A stretch of DNA of 64,000 nucleotides, taken from contig NW_026262734.1 of the NCBI RefSeq assembly GCF_021869535.1, positions 87,048,001 through 87,112,000 of the forward strand, read 5' to 3'. A program made the position numbers and the translations under genes. This document shows, piece after piece, positions 25,701 to 40,700 of this stretch (position 1 is its first letter; each line of letters begins with the position of its first letter). The notes under the pieces are model-generated. The model was not told where the DNA came from, searched no databases, and was given only the letters and a program-made list of their open reading frames with translations. This DNA is from Mytilus californianus (taxonomy: Eukaryota).

Positions 25701-28700
25701 CCTTTCATAACTTGCTACGTGTATGTTGTATGGGTTTTTCTCATGGTTGAAGGCCGTACCGTGACACATCTACATATTTTTGAATAAGAGTTATAAACTA
25801 CTCACGCTGACAAAAATCATTTGAAATACAATCTTATTGACGTTGGAATATACAAAAAATAGTTAGTCACATGATACGATTATTTTTGTCATAATCATCA
25901 CAATATTATTAAACTCTGTACAAAAAGTCATCAAAGATAAAAGTACCAGACGGGCTATTTGTAAAAAAACAAGACCAATCAGTGACGCTCGAATATCAGA
26001 AAGTAAAAATGCCCTAACAAAGAATCATAATTTGAGTATGTTTATTTCAGGAACAGTTCAATAATTTTCCCTATGAGATTAAGTCGGATACAGGGAACCA
26101 GTTATTAGAAAGGGTAAGATTGGTTGTTTGTTTAATGTCCTGTGGCAAATATTTCACTTATGTGTAAGAATAGAACGATTTTATAAAATACTTTAACAGT
26201 AGGTAAGTGTTAAAAAGTTGGTTGACCGGGATAAGGAACGGGAAATTGAGAGTCTGCTGGATAGGGATAGGCATTTTGCTTGCAAAAGGCTATCTACTGA
26301 CCAATTAAAGCGTTGATGCAAGGATTTGTCACGTGTAGACTACATACATGGCACTCGCCTTACTCGAGGAATTGGATTAAGCGTGTCTTTTCCGACCGGA
26401 CGTGACTGCGTATATGTCTATCCTGCACAGCCTAAATGGACATAAGCAACTTTTAACAGCCAACGAGAGTCAAGGGATGCCCATATGCCTATACCCCAGT
26501 CAACCCTTGAGGTTGGGTTACTAATATTCATATTATCTACAAAGGTAATGCAGTGCAATGTAAAACAGCTCATAAAGGTATTATTTACAGACGTAGATAT
26601 GAAAGATTCCGGTTAAAATTGCATTATATTTAAAGCTGTAAGGTTTTAGCAAGTAGGCCATCCATTTAACACAATTGTGTAATGAAGGGAGTCCTTTTGT
26701 AATGACAAATATAACAAACACGCACTGCATGCACCTTATACATCATATACATATTGTATATTCTTGAATGACTAAGATTTACTATAAAACAAGTGTACGT
26801 GGACTTCCTTGTAAAAGTAAAATCTTTATAAATGTACTGCTATTGAATTATTGTCCTCGCGTACCTAAATTCGTCGATATTTTCCTTGTGCAGTGACCTT
26901 TACTACGAGACCTCTCGTTAAAACTTCGACCACCGCACAACGCAAATGCGAAGGAAAAATCGTGATTAAAGAATGTACACAAACGTGCACTTGAAGTTAA
27001 AAAGTAATAACTGATTTTAAAGAACAAATTAAATACACCAAATCATTAAACAAATGTCAATGAAGATTAATTAACAAATGGGAACGCATGGAAAATATAA
27101 AAAAATTACATGTGATAGGGCTCTATCAATTCACTTATTGTTCACGTGCTCCACGTGCCCTGTTTTGTTTGCTTGTCAATGTCACGATCCGGTAAACTTC
27201 GGCAACAAACTCGAACGCTGATTAGCTCCCGATCAACAATCACTGAATGAAATATGTTTTGTCCACAATACTTCATAGATGCGTTAAAATGTAAAAGAAA
27301 CGTGCATACATGACTTAGTTTAGTATGTATGCATGTATTGGTTCAATAATACCGATAAAATTATAATTGCAATAAACTAGTTATATATGACTTTAAAAAA
27401 CTGTAAACAGTGTTAGTTATATCTATCCAGGCTTGCGATACATATGCTTATTTGATGAACATTACTTGAACTTTAAAATTCGTTTGTCATCAATTCATGG
27501 TTCTAAATTTGTAAATCCAAACAACCAATGGCACAAATGATTCAAGAGCACTCAACCTTGTACAATACCAAAACGGAACAAGGAACCCTGCTCAGAAAAA
27601 ATACTAGTCTTCTAGTAATCATAATCAAAATGATTATACTTTGAAGTCCTTTTCCGCATCTACTAACAACTTGTCAATATGCACTGTATCCTATAAAATG
27701 CATTTTTAATTCTTTTTGTTTCATTTATCGTTTTTTATATACATGTAGATTCAATTAAGTTTAGACACGTCACTGAATGACTTGAATTTAGTCATAAACG
27801 ATGTGAATTCTAAAATTGTAACTGTGCATTCAAGTAACCCAGATTCTACGTCAACAAGTTTTGATCGATGCTGCGACTTACAGGACAGTGCCTTGACCTA
27901 CTTACCAGAGTTCCAATCAAAAGTAAGTGATTTTTTTTTATTATTCGTTCTTGACGAGATAAAACAGGATCATTGTATGCATACACATGTTTATAATCCA
28001 TATTGACTCTCCTTTCTGTTGCAAAAAGTTATATGGATGTAAAATATCGTACATGTTATCAGCAATTTGAAAAAATAAACAAGCTACTATGTCCGCGATT
28101 AAAATATGAAAAAATATATTTTGATTTTTTAAAATATTGATAACATTTAATATAAATGGTTATTACCAATAATAAGGTTAAACAGGACGATTTGGAGCTT
28201 GACTTATTTTATAACCAACTGTCTATTGTTGAAGACTGTAGGTTGACCTCTGAATGTCTTCGGTTGTTGTCATTGGGTTGCTGTCTCATATACTCAAAAC
28301 TTGCATCTTGTAAGCATGATCCTCTCCGATAAATTTACACTGATTCACGTTAAGGTGTTGCATTTATTCATTTAAAAATGTAAACTAAAATGAAGTCAAA
28401 GTATTATGGATGCCATTAACCACTAAAGGCATTAACAACAAAGTTAAATAAAGTTAATATAAAATATGTATATTACAGGAATAGATTACTTTTATCTGTA
28501 TTGGCAAAACCTTTCAAAATGTTTGGCCCCAAATGCTCTTTAACCTCGTACTATATTTCACCTGTTAATTTTTTTTTCAAATTCGAGCGTCAGTGATGAG
28601 TCTTTTGAAGACGACACGCGCCTGGTGTACAACATTTTTAGTCTGTTATTTTTGTTGATATACGAATAAGAAGATGTGGTATGATTGTCAATGAGACAAC

Positions 28701-31700
28701 TCTCCACAAGAGACAAATTGACACAGAAATTAACAACTATAGGTTACCGTATGGGTTTCAACAATGAGCAAAGCCCATACAGCAGAGTCAGCTATAAAAG
28801 GCCCCGAAATGACAAATGTAAAACAATTTAAACGAGAAAACTAACGACCTAATTTATGTACAAAATAATGAACGAAAAAAAAAATATGTTACACAGTCAC
28901 AAACGTAAACCACTAAATTACAGGCTACGGACTATGGACAGAATATGGCGGGGTTGAACCCTCCCCTTACCTGGGTCAGTGGTGTAACAGTACACCCGGA
29001 GTTAGTTGTTGAGTTTTATTTTATATTTTCTAATTAATTTGTTTTCTAATATTATTTTAGGTTGATCTGAATAAAGCATGTGTTACGACATCACCTATAG
29101 CTGTAGCCAATTTAAAATACCCGACAGAACAAATCGGTGCAACAATGAAAACCAACTACGAGTACAACAAGAACGTTTTATGGCAGCACTACAGCACAAC
29201 AGAAGGCGTGTCTGTCATTTACCCAGCCACAAAATGGCACAATTGTCAAAATTTTGATCCGAGATTTAAGTAAGAATATTTGTATTTCCTTCACAAGACA
29301 AGCCTTAAAGAACAAGTGTATGTGTGCATTTGTGTGCTAATAAAATAGCACTATTGTCAGAATTTTGATCCTAGATTTAAATAAGAAAATGTTTACTTCC
29401 TAAACAACTAAGACGAAGGTAAAAAATAAGTTTGTCTGTGCATGTGCATGTATACATTTGTGTAAGCTTACAATTGTAGGTGTCTCGGTAGATGTGTGTC
29501 TGTGTATGTTTGTGTAAGCATACAGTAGTAGGTGTCTGTATGTGTTTTCAGACGTAATATCAAAGTATTGTTAACATATCAATATTAATGATCAAAAAGA
29601 GTGGAAAGGTACAAAAGAGATATTCAAACTCAGAAGTCGATAACAAACTGACAATGCCATGGGAAAAAACGAATACACAAATTGAATATAGGAAACTAAA
29701 GACTGAGCAACACGAACCCCACCAAAAACCGAGGGGGGGGGGGGGGGGGGTTCATGTGCTCCGGAAGGGTAAGCAGATCTTAACACCGGCAGGACTTATC
29801 ATAAACTTCCAAATCTGTCAAACCGTGTTATTTAAAAAATGCCTTCCCTGCACACCCTAATTTTGTCTGGAGATCATGAGATTCATTTTGCTATCATTCA
29901 ATATTTTGTACGTTTTACGCATGGAACCCTCTTACTAGACGTCGATATACAATCATTATATTTACGTATAAATAGCAAAATCGACTGCCAAGAGACAGTA
30001 ATGATGACCGAAACATTAATCATGTTCGAGCGGCATGCTGAAGGCAACGAAAATAACACTATGTAAATATTGTGCGTCCAAAGCCATTTTCTGGACTAAC
30101 CTTCATTAGGAACACTCAAACATAAAAAAAAAATTAAAAGAAAAGGGTACATATAAATACCTAATAACTCGAAGTGCTATATGATCACAATAATAAAACA
30201 TCAGCAGCGGTATCTACCCAGTGCTAGTAACTTAGTAATACTACTATCCCAAAGGCAGTTGAGTTCTTGTTGTATATTCTCAATTTGTCGGTTTACTTTA
30301 AATGAACGTTCTTTTCTGCTTACGGTTTCACTCCAAGGGTGACTGGGGATAAGAAATATGGTAACTTTGGTCTTCGTCAGACCAGCAGTTAAATCCTTGC
30401 AAAGTTAGGCGTCCGCTTGGTCATGCGCAGCCACGTCCGGTCAGAATGGGGGCGTTATATACGATGTATCCTATACAAAGACTGCCACGCTGTCTGCGCG
30501 TTAATAACCTTTGTAACAACTTCTTAAGGGGTCCGTTGGTGGCCTGTTTCCAGGCCAAATTTCTCCGACCATCATCCCGGAAGACATCTATTACAGAACC
30601 TAACTATTGTATTATTGTTAATTTCTTCTCGTCCTCAAGATGCATGAAACATTTGCAACTGGATGCTTAGCAACCAACAAAATCAATCAATATTAGGTTT
30701 TCCACATCAATCACTATTCATCTTTATTTTCTTTTTCTTCGTTAGATCTTCATACGCAGCTGCTGCTTCGCCGACAGATAAGGATGTTGTTTTAGTGATT
30801 GATACAAGTTCTTCTATGAGACAGCCGTCTGGAGTAATAGACAAAACCAAAATTGTAATAGCCAAAGAAGCAGCTAACAATGTATTACAAACACTCAAAC
30901 CAAATGATAGGGTAGGTTATTTTATTTTACAAACATTATGACTAATTTAATCTAATGCATCCTGGGAAATATTTTCAAAAAGTGTTCACCAAAACGTTGT
31001 GATTGGATAAAAAGGTCCGAATCAATGGAAATTCAACCAATGACGTGACGTTATTTTCATTTTGGTGTTCGAACAATGAAATCACCCATAGTCCTTTAGA
31101 TTTTAAACGGCTAATTGAAGTGTAGGTCATTTTATCGTACAAAAATTAGGCGGAAGATACCAAGGGGACATTCAAAACTCACAAGTTGAGGAGAAACTGG
31201 CAACGTTTGACGAAAAACGCAAAATTACGAACAATTCCACAAAAGAAAATTATATAGAAAATTAAACACTTAGCAACACATGTTATTCATGCTAATTAAA
31301 AATTAGGTGATAAGTCTCAGTCGTAGATGTCACAATCGGAAAGAGAAGACGCGATTGTGATGATGACAATTGGAACATATCGATTGCAAAGTTTTGTGTA
31401 AAAATAAACAATGAAATACAATAACATTAAAAGATGATTTCACCATTAATAGTAGACGTGACGTCATGAACCCAATATGAAATCTACTGACCCCATACGA
31501 ATCCATTGGGGTCACCACGTGACGGCGTTAAACATAATCATAACTTCACTAATTTACCCGAGGTACGATAAGTAAATATATAATACTGGAGTAAAACATC
31601 TCCGCGAATCATGCAATTTAATTGGTAACTCTGACGAGGTATTATATCATCCCATATACCATGTGAAAAAAAACGAAGATAAGAATGGTATTTATTGCTA

Positions 31701-34700
31701 TTTAATGTTAAAATCAGGACGCTCCGGTATAACATATTGGTTTTTTTTCGGGCTTCACATGATAGCTGGGCTCTTCTTCCCTGTCAGTGCCGTATGTCTC
31801 ATCTATATGGAACGATAACTAAGAAAGCCAGCAGATAATGGTAGGTCTTTTTTGTGTATTTTCAAAATGTTGGCCTAAGAGGTCAGTGATAGGTTGTACA
31901 TAAAATTTATTGTAAACCAGTCATTTTATTTTTGCTCGTTGCACCTAATTAGAGCATACATGTAGATTGATGTTTTACTTTTAGCGGCAAATATTACATG
32001 CATATTCCTGACGATAAACGTATAAAGAGCTTTGAATATACAAAGTAACCGTATTCAGGATGAAATGTCACCCTAGCCTCTGGGCCAACCATCAATTGTT
32101 CTTACCCTTTAATGCTAAATGGAGGAGAAAAAACAAATATCAATGTTATTGCCTTTGGTTTTTAACTGACCGGAGACCGAACCATGGTCATCCAAAACTC
32201 ATGTTTGCAATTAATGTATTTAATATTAAATCTAAAAGATTAAATATATATAAGAAAATACTCCTGTTGAAATGATAAAATCCGTCTGTATGACTGTCTT
32301 TCCAGTAAAATACTTAGGTCTCTGTCGAATTTGCTTTAATCTCTTTCAGGGGATACATTAAATACTGACAGGGAACATGAGCACATAGCTATATTAATAT
32401 CTTGAACAACATTTAATAAGAGAGAGGCGAAAGATACAAAAGGGACATCCAAACGCATACGTCGAAAATGAAATGACAACACCATGGTTAGAAAAGAAAA
32501 AGACAATCAGACAAACAACAGTACACAAAACACAACATTTAAAACTAAAGACTAAGCAACACAAACCGCACCAAAAACTAGGGGGTGATCTCAGGTGCTC
32601 CGGAAGGGTATGCAGCTCCTGCGCCACATGTGGCACCCGTCTTGTTGCTCATTTTAGTACAAACCCGGTAATAACTATATATACATAATAAAGCAAAATT
32701 AATAGGACTTTTATTTTTCAGGTAGGGATTGTTCGATTTGATAAAAATGCATATACCCCGACAGGAGATAACTACCATTCCTGTTATGAAAACCAACTCG
32801 CATTTGCAACAAAAGAAAATACGGACAAACTTAAGCAGTATGTGTTTTCAATAGAGTCAGGTGATTTTGAATCAAACTTTGCAAATGCTCTTTTTTCTGC
32901 ATTCAATTACTATAATTCAACCGATGAAGATGTTCAAGTTGAAAATAGAGGTAAGTTAGTTTATTGTTTGTTTGCTTGGACTAGTAAATACATTTTAGTC
33001 TTAAACGGCTTCTTTGATCTAAACATCAACTGAAACTAAAAAGGCTACCTCATGCCAAGAGTTTACATTTCGTTTCATACATTTTAGTGATGTAATTCGT
33101 TACTGTTCTGAAATTTGGTTTGTAGTAAATCCAATAAGTGGCTTTTCAGACATTTAAGTATGTTGCTGTTTTATAGAAGTAAACACAACATGTGATGTAC
33201 ATATGTAGCATTCTTTTTTCATTGGTTGTTACGATAAGGTGTATTCCATTACCTGAATATAAAAGTATTATAGGGATATGTGGTATAATTGCCAATGTGA
33301 CAGCTGTCCACCAAAGTTCTAATGAAGTGGATTTAAGCAATTATAGGCCTTCAACAATGAGAAAACTGCATATCGTGTAGTCGGCTGTAAAAGGCCCCGA
33401 CATGTAAAATATGAAACAATTAAAAAAAGAAAACTAACAGCCTAATTTATAACAAAACAATTTACCAAAAACAAATAAAACAGACATAAACGAACGACAA
33501 CCACTGAACTACAGGCTACTGACTTTGGACAAGCACATAAAGAATGTTTTAGGGTTAAACATGTTTGAAGGCTTAACCCTCCTCTATCCTGGGACAGTGG
33601 TGTAACAGGACAACATTAGAAATAACTATAAAAATCAGTATCACTTTACTCAAAAGATTGGTACCTCAGGTACAAAAAAAAAATAACATCAAAACAATAG
33701 ACAACAAGCACCGAAACAAAGTGCCCACAGTTACTGAAAACTAGTTTATAGCCAATTTTAAAGTATTTGGACGCTAAGATTCATCTAATATATAAATATT
33801 GACGGTCAATATTAGAAATATTGAAAATACAACATAAAATACACAGAAAGAACATTGAGGTTCATTTCCATAATACACTATTTTCATATGTAATATATAG
33901 ATTAAGGACTTTCACTCAGTTAAAACTTTATATATGGACCTGTTAGATTAATATTGTCACTCGGACTCGTCCTCGGTCGATATAATATGAACAGGTCCAT
34001 ATATAACGTTTTAACCTCGACTAAAGTCCATAATTGATAATTATAAACTACTAAAAAAAGCCTGAACATAGACTGGACAGATGTTTATCGACTGTAAGCG
34101 AATGGTATAAACAGTAGTTATGTATCCCAGTGCATAAGTAAAAAATTAATGTGTGAAAGATTGGTTCGATTTGTACATGTATATATTTTTATTTACTTTT
34201 CTTGAGCTTTGTTATTGTTTCTCATTTAATTATATATTTTTGTAATCCAACTCTTCAAAAAAGAATTTTATACCTCAGTTGCTATGAATAGATATAAAAA
34301 CAGACACATACAGAAAAACATCCTTGTGCCTTTATTGCAACAATTTATGAAGCTGGAAATGTAGCAAGCTTTAAACAGTTAACTTAAAAGTTATTGCAAA
34401 TTAAAATTTCTCAGATTTTGATAAATGTTTGTGGTGTTTATAATATAGTTAGGTCCCGTTAATTCAGTTCTAATCTTAACTCGGCTTTCTGAAACTTGTT
34501 AATTTCAAATGGTATACATTACAAAAAAATGTCTGGTGTGGCGCCTTTCATAAAAAAAGTTTTATAATAAATTAGTTTCATTTGTGTTACAAGGGAAACA
34601 TCGATATGTGAATATAAAGCAAAATAAACCGTCAAAATTTTGAGGTGAATTCAGAGATGTGTTAAATACGGCAGCCTTAAATAGAAATTACATCAGAAAA

Positions 34701-37700
34701 ACACATTGTAATTAACAATGGTACATATTTTGTTTACATAGAGTATGGTTCAGCATTAGTAAACCGCCAATATCATACATTGTGTACCACATAATGGGCG
34801 ATGACCCTCCCGTTCAGATAAATACAACATAGCACCGACCAACAAAACAATTTCACAATTGCATAAATTAATCTTTTCAGAAAAAATCATTCTATTCATC
34901 AGTGATGGAATGTCCTCATCTGGGAAAAACCCGGTTCAAGTAATCAGCGATGAGAATTCAAAATATAACAACAAAATTACAATATTTACTTATCTGATTG
35001 GACAAGGTAAATTAAATGTTAATCTTTATTAATACATTTGTGTCCTCCCTACGTACAAAAATGTCACGCACATGTTATGTGATGATTGTAGAACCGTGTG
35101 GTTAAAACGGAAGCGTAGATTACGCTTTGGTAGGTAAACATACATATTACCTTAGCTGTATTTGGAAAAACTTTTAGGAATTTTTGGTCCTCAATGCTCT
35201 TCAACTTCGTACTTTATTTGGCCTTTTTATCTTTTTTTTTTATTCGAGCGTCAGTGATGAGTCTTTTGTAAACGAAACGCGCGTCTGGCGCAAATACAAA
35301 ATTTCAATCCTGGTATCTATGATGAGTTTATTTGCATAAACACGCTAAAAAGATAAGATTGTCTATAGGTAAATAAAACAGGAACTAATTAATACAAAAC
35401 CAAAGGACATGTTTACGCTACCACATCAAAACAAAAGGAAAACGTAAAAGCCGAAGCTGTATCCAGGTCCTTTATTTTGCGATGTTTTAATAAAAAAAAG
35501 TTCTTTCATATAATCATCACAACGAGATTCATAATTGGTTCACACTCTAAATATACATGAATCATTTTCACTTGACATTCATCAGTTTACGATTATCATT
35601 GTGTTTTTAAGGTTGATATTAATCGCATATAAATATCGTATTTCAGACTTACTTCGTAACGAGGTAATTGCCTATATACATATATTGGGCAGCTCAAATT
35701 ATCCGTTTTGGTTGCACGGGATGTATAGATACGCAGCCACGTTCGATTGAAACTGGCGTTAAATTCATTTCCATGACCCAACTTTTAAAAGGGAATTTTG
35801 GAAAACAAGATATGCACCCAACACACTCGATTTGTTACTCGAATTTTCACATTTAATGCTGACCGTAACACGTTGCATAGCTAAACTGTAACCCTTCTCT
35901 GAATATGCACGACATATTTCCAATTGGACGTGAAGAAAATCGATTCACAGAAAACAGATATGTCCAGACAACGACCTTGTTTTCAATTAAAACAATTAAT
36001 GTGAAACACTGCTGCCGCTTTTTGAACTTTAATTCTCATAGTGTAGTGTGATTGAAAAGATAATTCAAATTCACATATTATTGTAAGATACATTAACGTA
36101 TATGGTTTGTTAATACGATGACTTTGTCTAGTTTAGAAAGTATATCTGATATTTTTTGTTTGTTCTTTTGTTTTTTTCCCCTTGGATAAAGTATACAGTT
36201 TAATAGATATAAGTCTAAATTGAAAACAACGTTCAAACCTATGATTGCGTTGAATAAAAACCGCAATTTTTATACGTGTGCATGCAAAACAAATTTCTTG
36301 GTAGAGGGGTCTAAATACAGCACAAACAACATTTTCCAAAAGACCAAAAAAGTGACAAAGTATATTTTAACAAAACGCATTTGACTAACAGGTCGAACAA
36401 CGGATGTTCTTAAACTCTGCTGACTGCCATTGGCGATTGCCAAATAAACGGATATATATACAATTGAATGATTCACCGTTTTACTTTAATAGACGAAAGT
36501 GCAAAGGTACAGTTACAAAGTATGGCAAATCAGGATCTATACAATCCATCTGTTGGACCTAAACAAGTAGGTATTTAAATTTAAATTTACAAACGTTTCG
36601 GAAAATTCCTGAAACAGATGTTGTATATGTAGGACGTTAGTTCAAGCATATCACACTTTTCAATTATAAAGTAGAATCTACAAATTATTTAATGTTTTAC
36701 GATGTTTATCACCGGGTTTGTACTTACATAAGCAACACGACGGGTGCCGGGTGTTGAGCAGGATCTGCCTACCCTTTTGGAGCACCTGATATCACCACCA
36801 GATTTTAGTGGGGTTCGTGTTGCTTAGTCTTTAGTGCTCTATGTTATGTTTTGTGTACTGTTGTTTGTCTTTTGTTTATTTTTCTTTTCTTTTTGCCATT
36901 TCGTTGTTGGTTTGTTTTCTACTAATGAGTTTGAATACCCCTTTGGTATTTGTTGCTTCTCTTTTAAGTGCAAATGGGAGGAAAACATATTTAAGGTAGA
37001 ACTGTATTTTGTTCCTTTATTTTTTTAATATTTTTTTATACTTTAAGTATTCCTGAATAAAATATGCATTTGATGGTATTGTTATGGAATGTGTTGCAAA
37101 GTTGAAATATATACAGCAGTGCAATTTTGTTATTAGATTAAGTCCATGAGAATGATAAAATGAAAAAAAAAAAACAATTCAACGTTAAAATGACCTTCAT
37201 CATTCAACAACATATCGTTATTGGTATCAATTGCATTTTTTAGATTGGACATTTTGAATATTTTGACCAAACCAACCAGCAATATCTTTCAACTAGATTG
37301 GCTACGTTTTATGAGCATTTGTCTACAGGAAGTCCAACAGGCGAATCCACATTCACTGTACCATATGTAGATCCCTTCTCAGGAGTGGGTAGGTACATGT
37401 ATATTGAAATAAAAAAGGCACTTCAATATATATGTTATTGGGGGCACTCAAGAAACGAAACATAGTAATTTCGTTTCTTATTTTAGTAATAGGATCGTCA
37501 AATACATTGTACTACTTAAAGAAGAGGAATTCAATTTTGTTCCGTTTGTTATATTGGTATCTTTTTCGTGTTTATTGTCGAAATAATTAGCGTTTCTATT
37601 AAGTGTTTTTTTTAAACATTTTTCTCTACGAATAAAAGGGAAGCGTGATAACGTGAATTAAAGAGAGCAACCAAAGGATCTCAAGTAAAACATTTGCATC

Positions 37701-40700
37701 TGTAAAGAAAAAGAAACGAAATTGTTGAAAAAAATAAGTTGATCAGACTTTTATTTTCTGCAGGATTGATCACATCATTATGTCGCCGTGTTCATGTTTC
37801 GACTGGTTTTCATGGAGTTATGTGCACAGATGTGAAAATAAGTAAACTATTGACAGAAATAGAGTACTTCTCCGAGGACGAATTCACCTACGCATTCCTG
37901 ATAGATGGTACTGGGAGAGCACTTATGCATCCTTTGTTACCAAATGCAGCTTTTGTCAAATCTACCGAAGATCCTGTTTTATTAGACATTAGTGTATTAG
38001 AAAGAGAAGAAAATTCAAAATCAGTCATTGAATCGATGAAAAGGTAGAATTGTTGTATAATTATATTTCACTCTATAAGTGGTGCTATATTCATTCCACC
38101 TTGTGCGGCCGTTCATCAAATACGTATTTCCGTCAACACTTTCTCGGGTACTACTCAATTCCCCATTTCCATTCTCAATTTTAATAGACAGAATGACATC
38201 ATAATTAATCAGAAGCATGAAGGTGGTAGGTTTAAGCGATTTAGTATTTTCGGATTTGTCAGACGCCGATTTACGGTTTGCTATTATTTTAAAATGTTCA
38301 TTGTGACGAATGAATTTTAATGTTGTCGTCACACTATTATAAAGTACTACAGAAGATTACGGCCTAACATTTAGTCACCAACTTAGTGATGAGTGTGGGT
38401 GCTTTCCTTATCTTTCACGACACCTACGTCTCATTTTGCCGATACTATAAGCTACACGGCGCGGGGGTTTGCTTAACAATGTGTGCATTCATTTTTATCT
38501 TCGTTAACGATTAGGTAAGGTTGATTAAAGATTATGTGATTGAATCTCCTTTGGTAGCCTGTGGAGAAGTCATATGCCTAACTGGACCTCCCCGTCTATT
38601 ATTCAAACTGATATGCGCGGAATGCATAAATACGTAGCCAAGTCAAGTCGAAAACTGCCTCATGTAGGGAAAAATGCTATTCTCTTATTAGATTGCCTGC
38701 TGTTTAAACATTTCTATTTTTAATCTTATTACATAGCCATTTCCTGTTGCACCCTGAATTTACCGGTAGACCAATTTTGCAAAAATCTATTTATTTTTTT
38801 GTTGTTTCATCTTTTTTTACCCTGATTGGCATAAAATGTTTCTCTCTTGACGCGTCATAAACAACAATCTTACAAGTAAGGTCGACATGATTGGAATATT
38901 TTTCAGTCTGATCAATCTTTTGAACGTTCGACACATAGATAAATTTTGCTCGTACAACGGACATCGTAGTAAGGTAGAACATGTTGTTTGATACTCATCA
39001 ATACATCACATAGAAAGGATATTTAGTGGTTATACAACAGATTTTTGTTTTTCAGAGGAGGAACTGGATCTAAATCTTTTGCAAAATTTTTCACCAAACC
39101 ACGTGGGACACTGGTAAATGACGGAAGTAGTGATATCAGTCGCCAAGCACATTTCTTTTGGGGACCAGTACGTATAGTATAATATTTGTCTATATTAAGT
39201 AGTGTTATTTCACTCTAGATACCGGTTTGTAATTAATTGATTGTACAGTGTCGAGCATGCCACTACTTTGTAAGGAAGACCACAGATGCAAATTATTAGA
39301 AAAAAAAGATGAAGTACAATACATAAGTAATACAAACGTTTAAACAATCGCGCATCACATGAAAATATAAGTTAGATAACTAGGTTTGAAAAAAAATCGA
39401 CACACACGATGTATTCGTGTTGAAGTGGTAATAATACGTCATCGTTTTTACTCCGAATGTTTAATTATGTAAATATAAATGTCAGGATTTTGTAATACAT
39501 TGGTTGTCGTTGGGTGTTGTCTTATGTGTGCTTATTGTTTTAATATCAATAAGGCCATTGTTTTGTTCATTTGAAATGATATTAATATTTCTTCGTTTTG
39601 CGTACATTTTAAGCCTTTACAGTAAGAGTTTTTCTCAATATTGAATACCGTACGTTGAAAAACTGTTTATTACACATTTTATTTAGTCTCTTGTAAATAG
39701 TAGTTTCATTGGCAATCATTCCACATCTGGCAATGCTTAATGTTCGCATGATTCAATTTCAGATACCAAACAGCAATTTTTCCGTATGCGTTGTTCTTGT
39801 GAACGAATCTTATGCCGAAATGACAGAATCTCAGTTTCCACTCAGTGACGCAGATTTTGACAACGTTTTTATGAACCACGATCGTAGTTTGCTTACTGAT
39901 TCATTTTCTAATTGTAAATTCTACAAGAGGAGGGTGACACTGGGTAGGTACCAGCTCAGTTTCAACGACACAATAATTATCCAGCATGCAATAAAAACTC
40001 ATGTACACGAAACACATATCCTGGAACACAAATATAACACATCGGATATTTTTTGGCAATTTGGATGCTTACCCTTCAACAGATTCATTGGCGCAGACTG
40101 AGAATGCACAATTTGCATTACAAACATCAATAAAAATAGCTCTAGTAATAAACGATTGAAAAAAACGATGCTTATTAAGGACCCTCTGGGATTCCACGTA
40201 TTTGTACAAGCAAATGTTTCAAAAGAATATGAAAAAAGCATTAGCAAAAATACCGAACTCCAAAGTTAATTAAAAATTGGGGAAATCCATAAAACATGAA
40301 AAATTAAAACCTTAAAGTATATCAACTAACGAAACGAATAGAAAACAAATGTCATATTCTCGACTTAGTACAGGCATTGTGGCAAAATGTGGATATCTCT
40401 TGATGTATTAACTGATGTATCATGTATTACTATGTATTGTTAAAAAAAAGTATATTTTTATTTCATTTTTCGAAATAGTTTTAATTTATTTTTCGAAGGC
40501 GGGTATTTCATTATTTTGATTTATGATTGTAACAACTATGGCATGCTATGTTCTATTTATCTTATAATATTTTTGTAATTAATTCCCTTTGACTCATTTA
40601 CCATTTCAGATAGAAGTTGTGTCAAGTTTTCACAAGCTGCCTTTGAGAACCCTTTTCAATATTTGGACCGTGACGAGACTGCGAGGGATATTAGTAAATA

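Noticed and set aside
26760-27300. CpG-richer stretch in intron 2 suggesting an internal promoter
   Set aside because: No defined motif, ORF or repeat ends; composition alone is insufficient.
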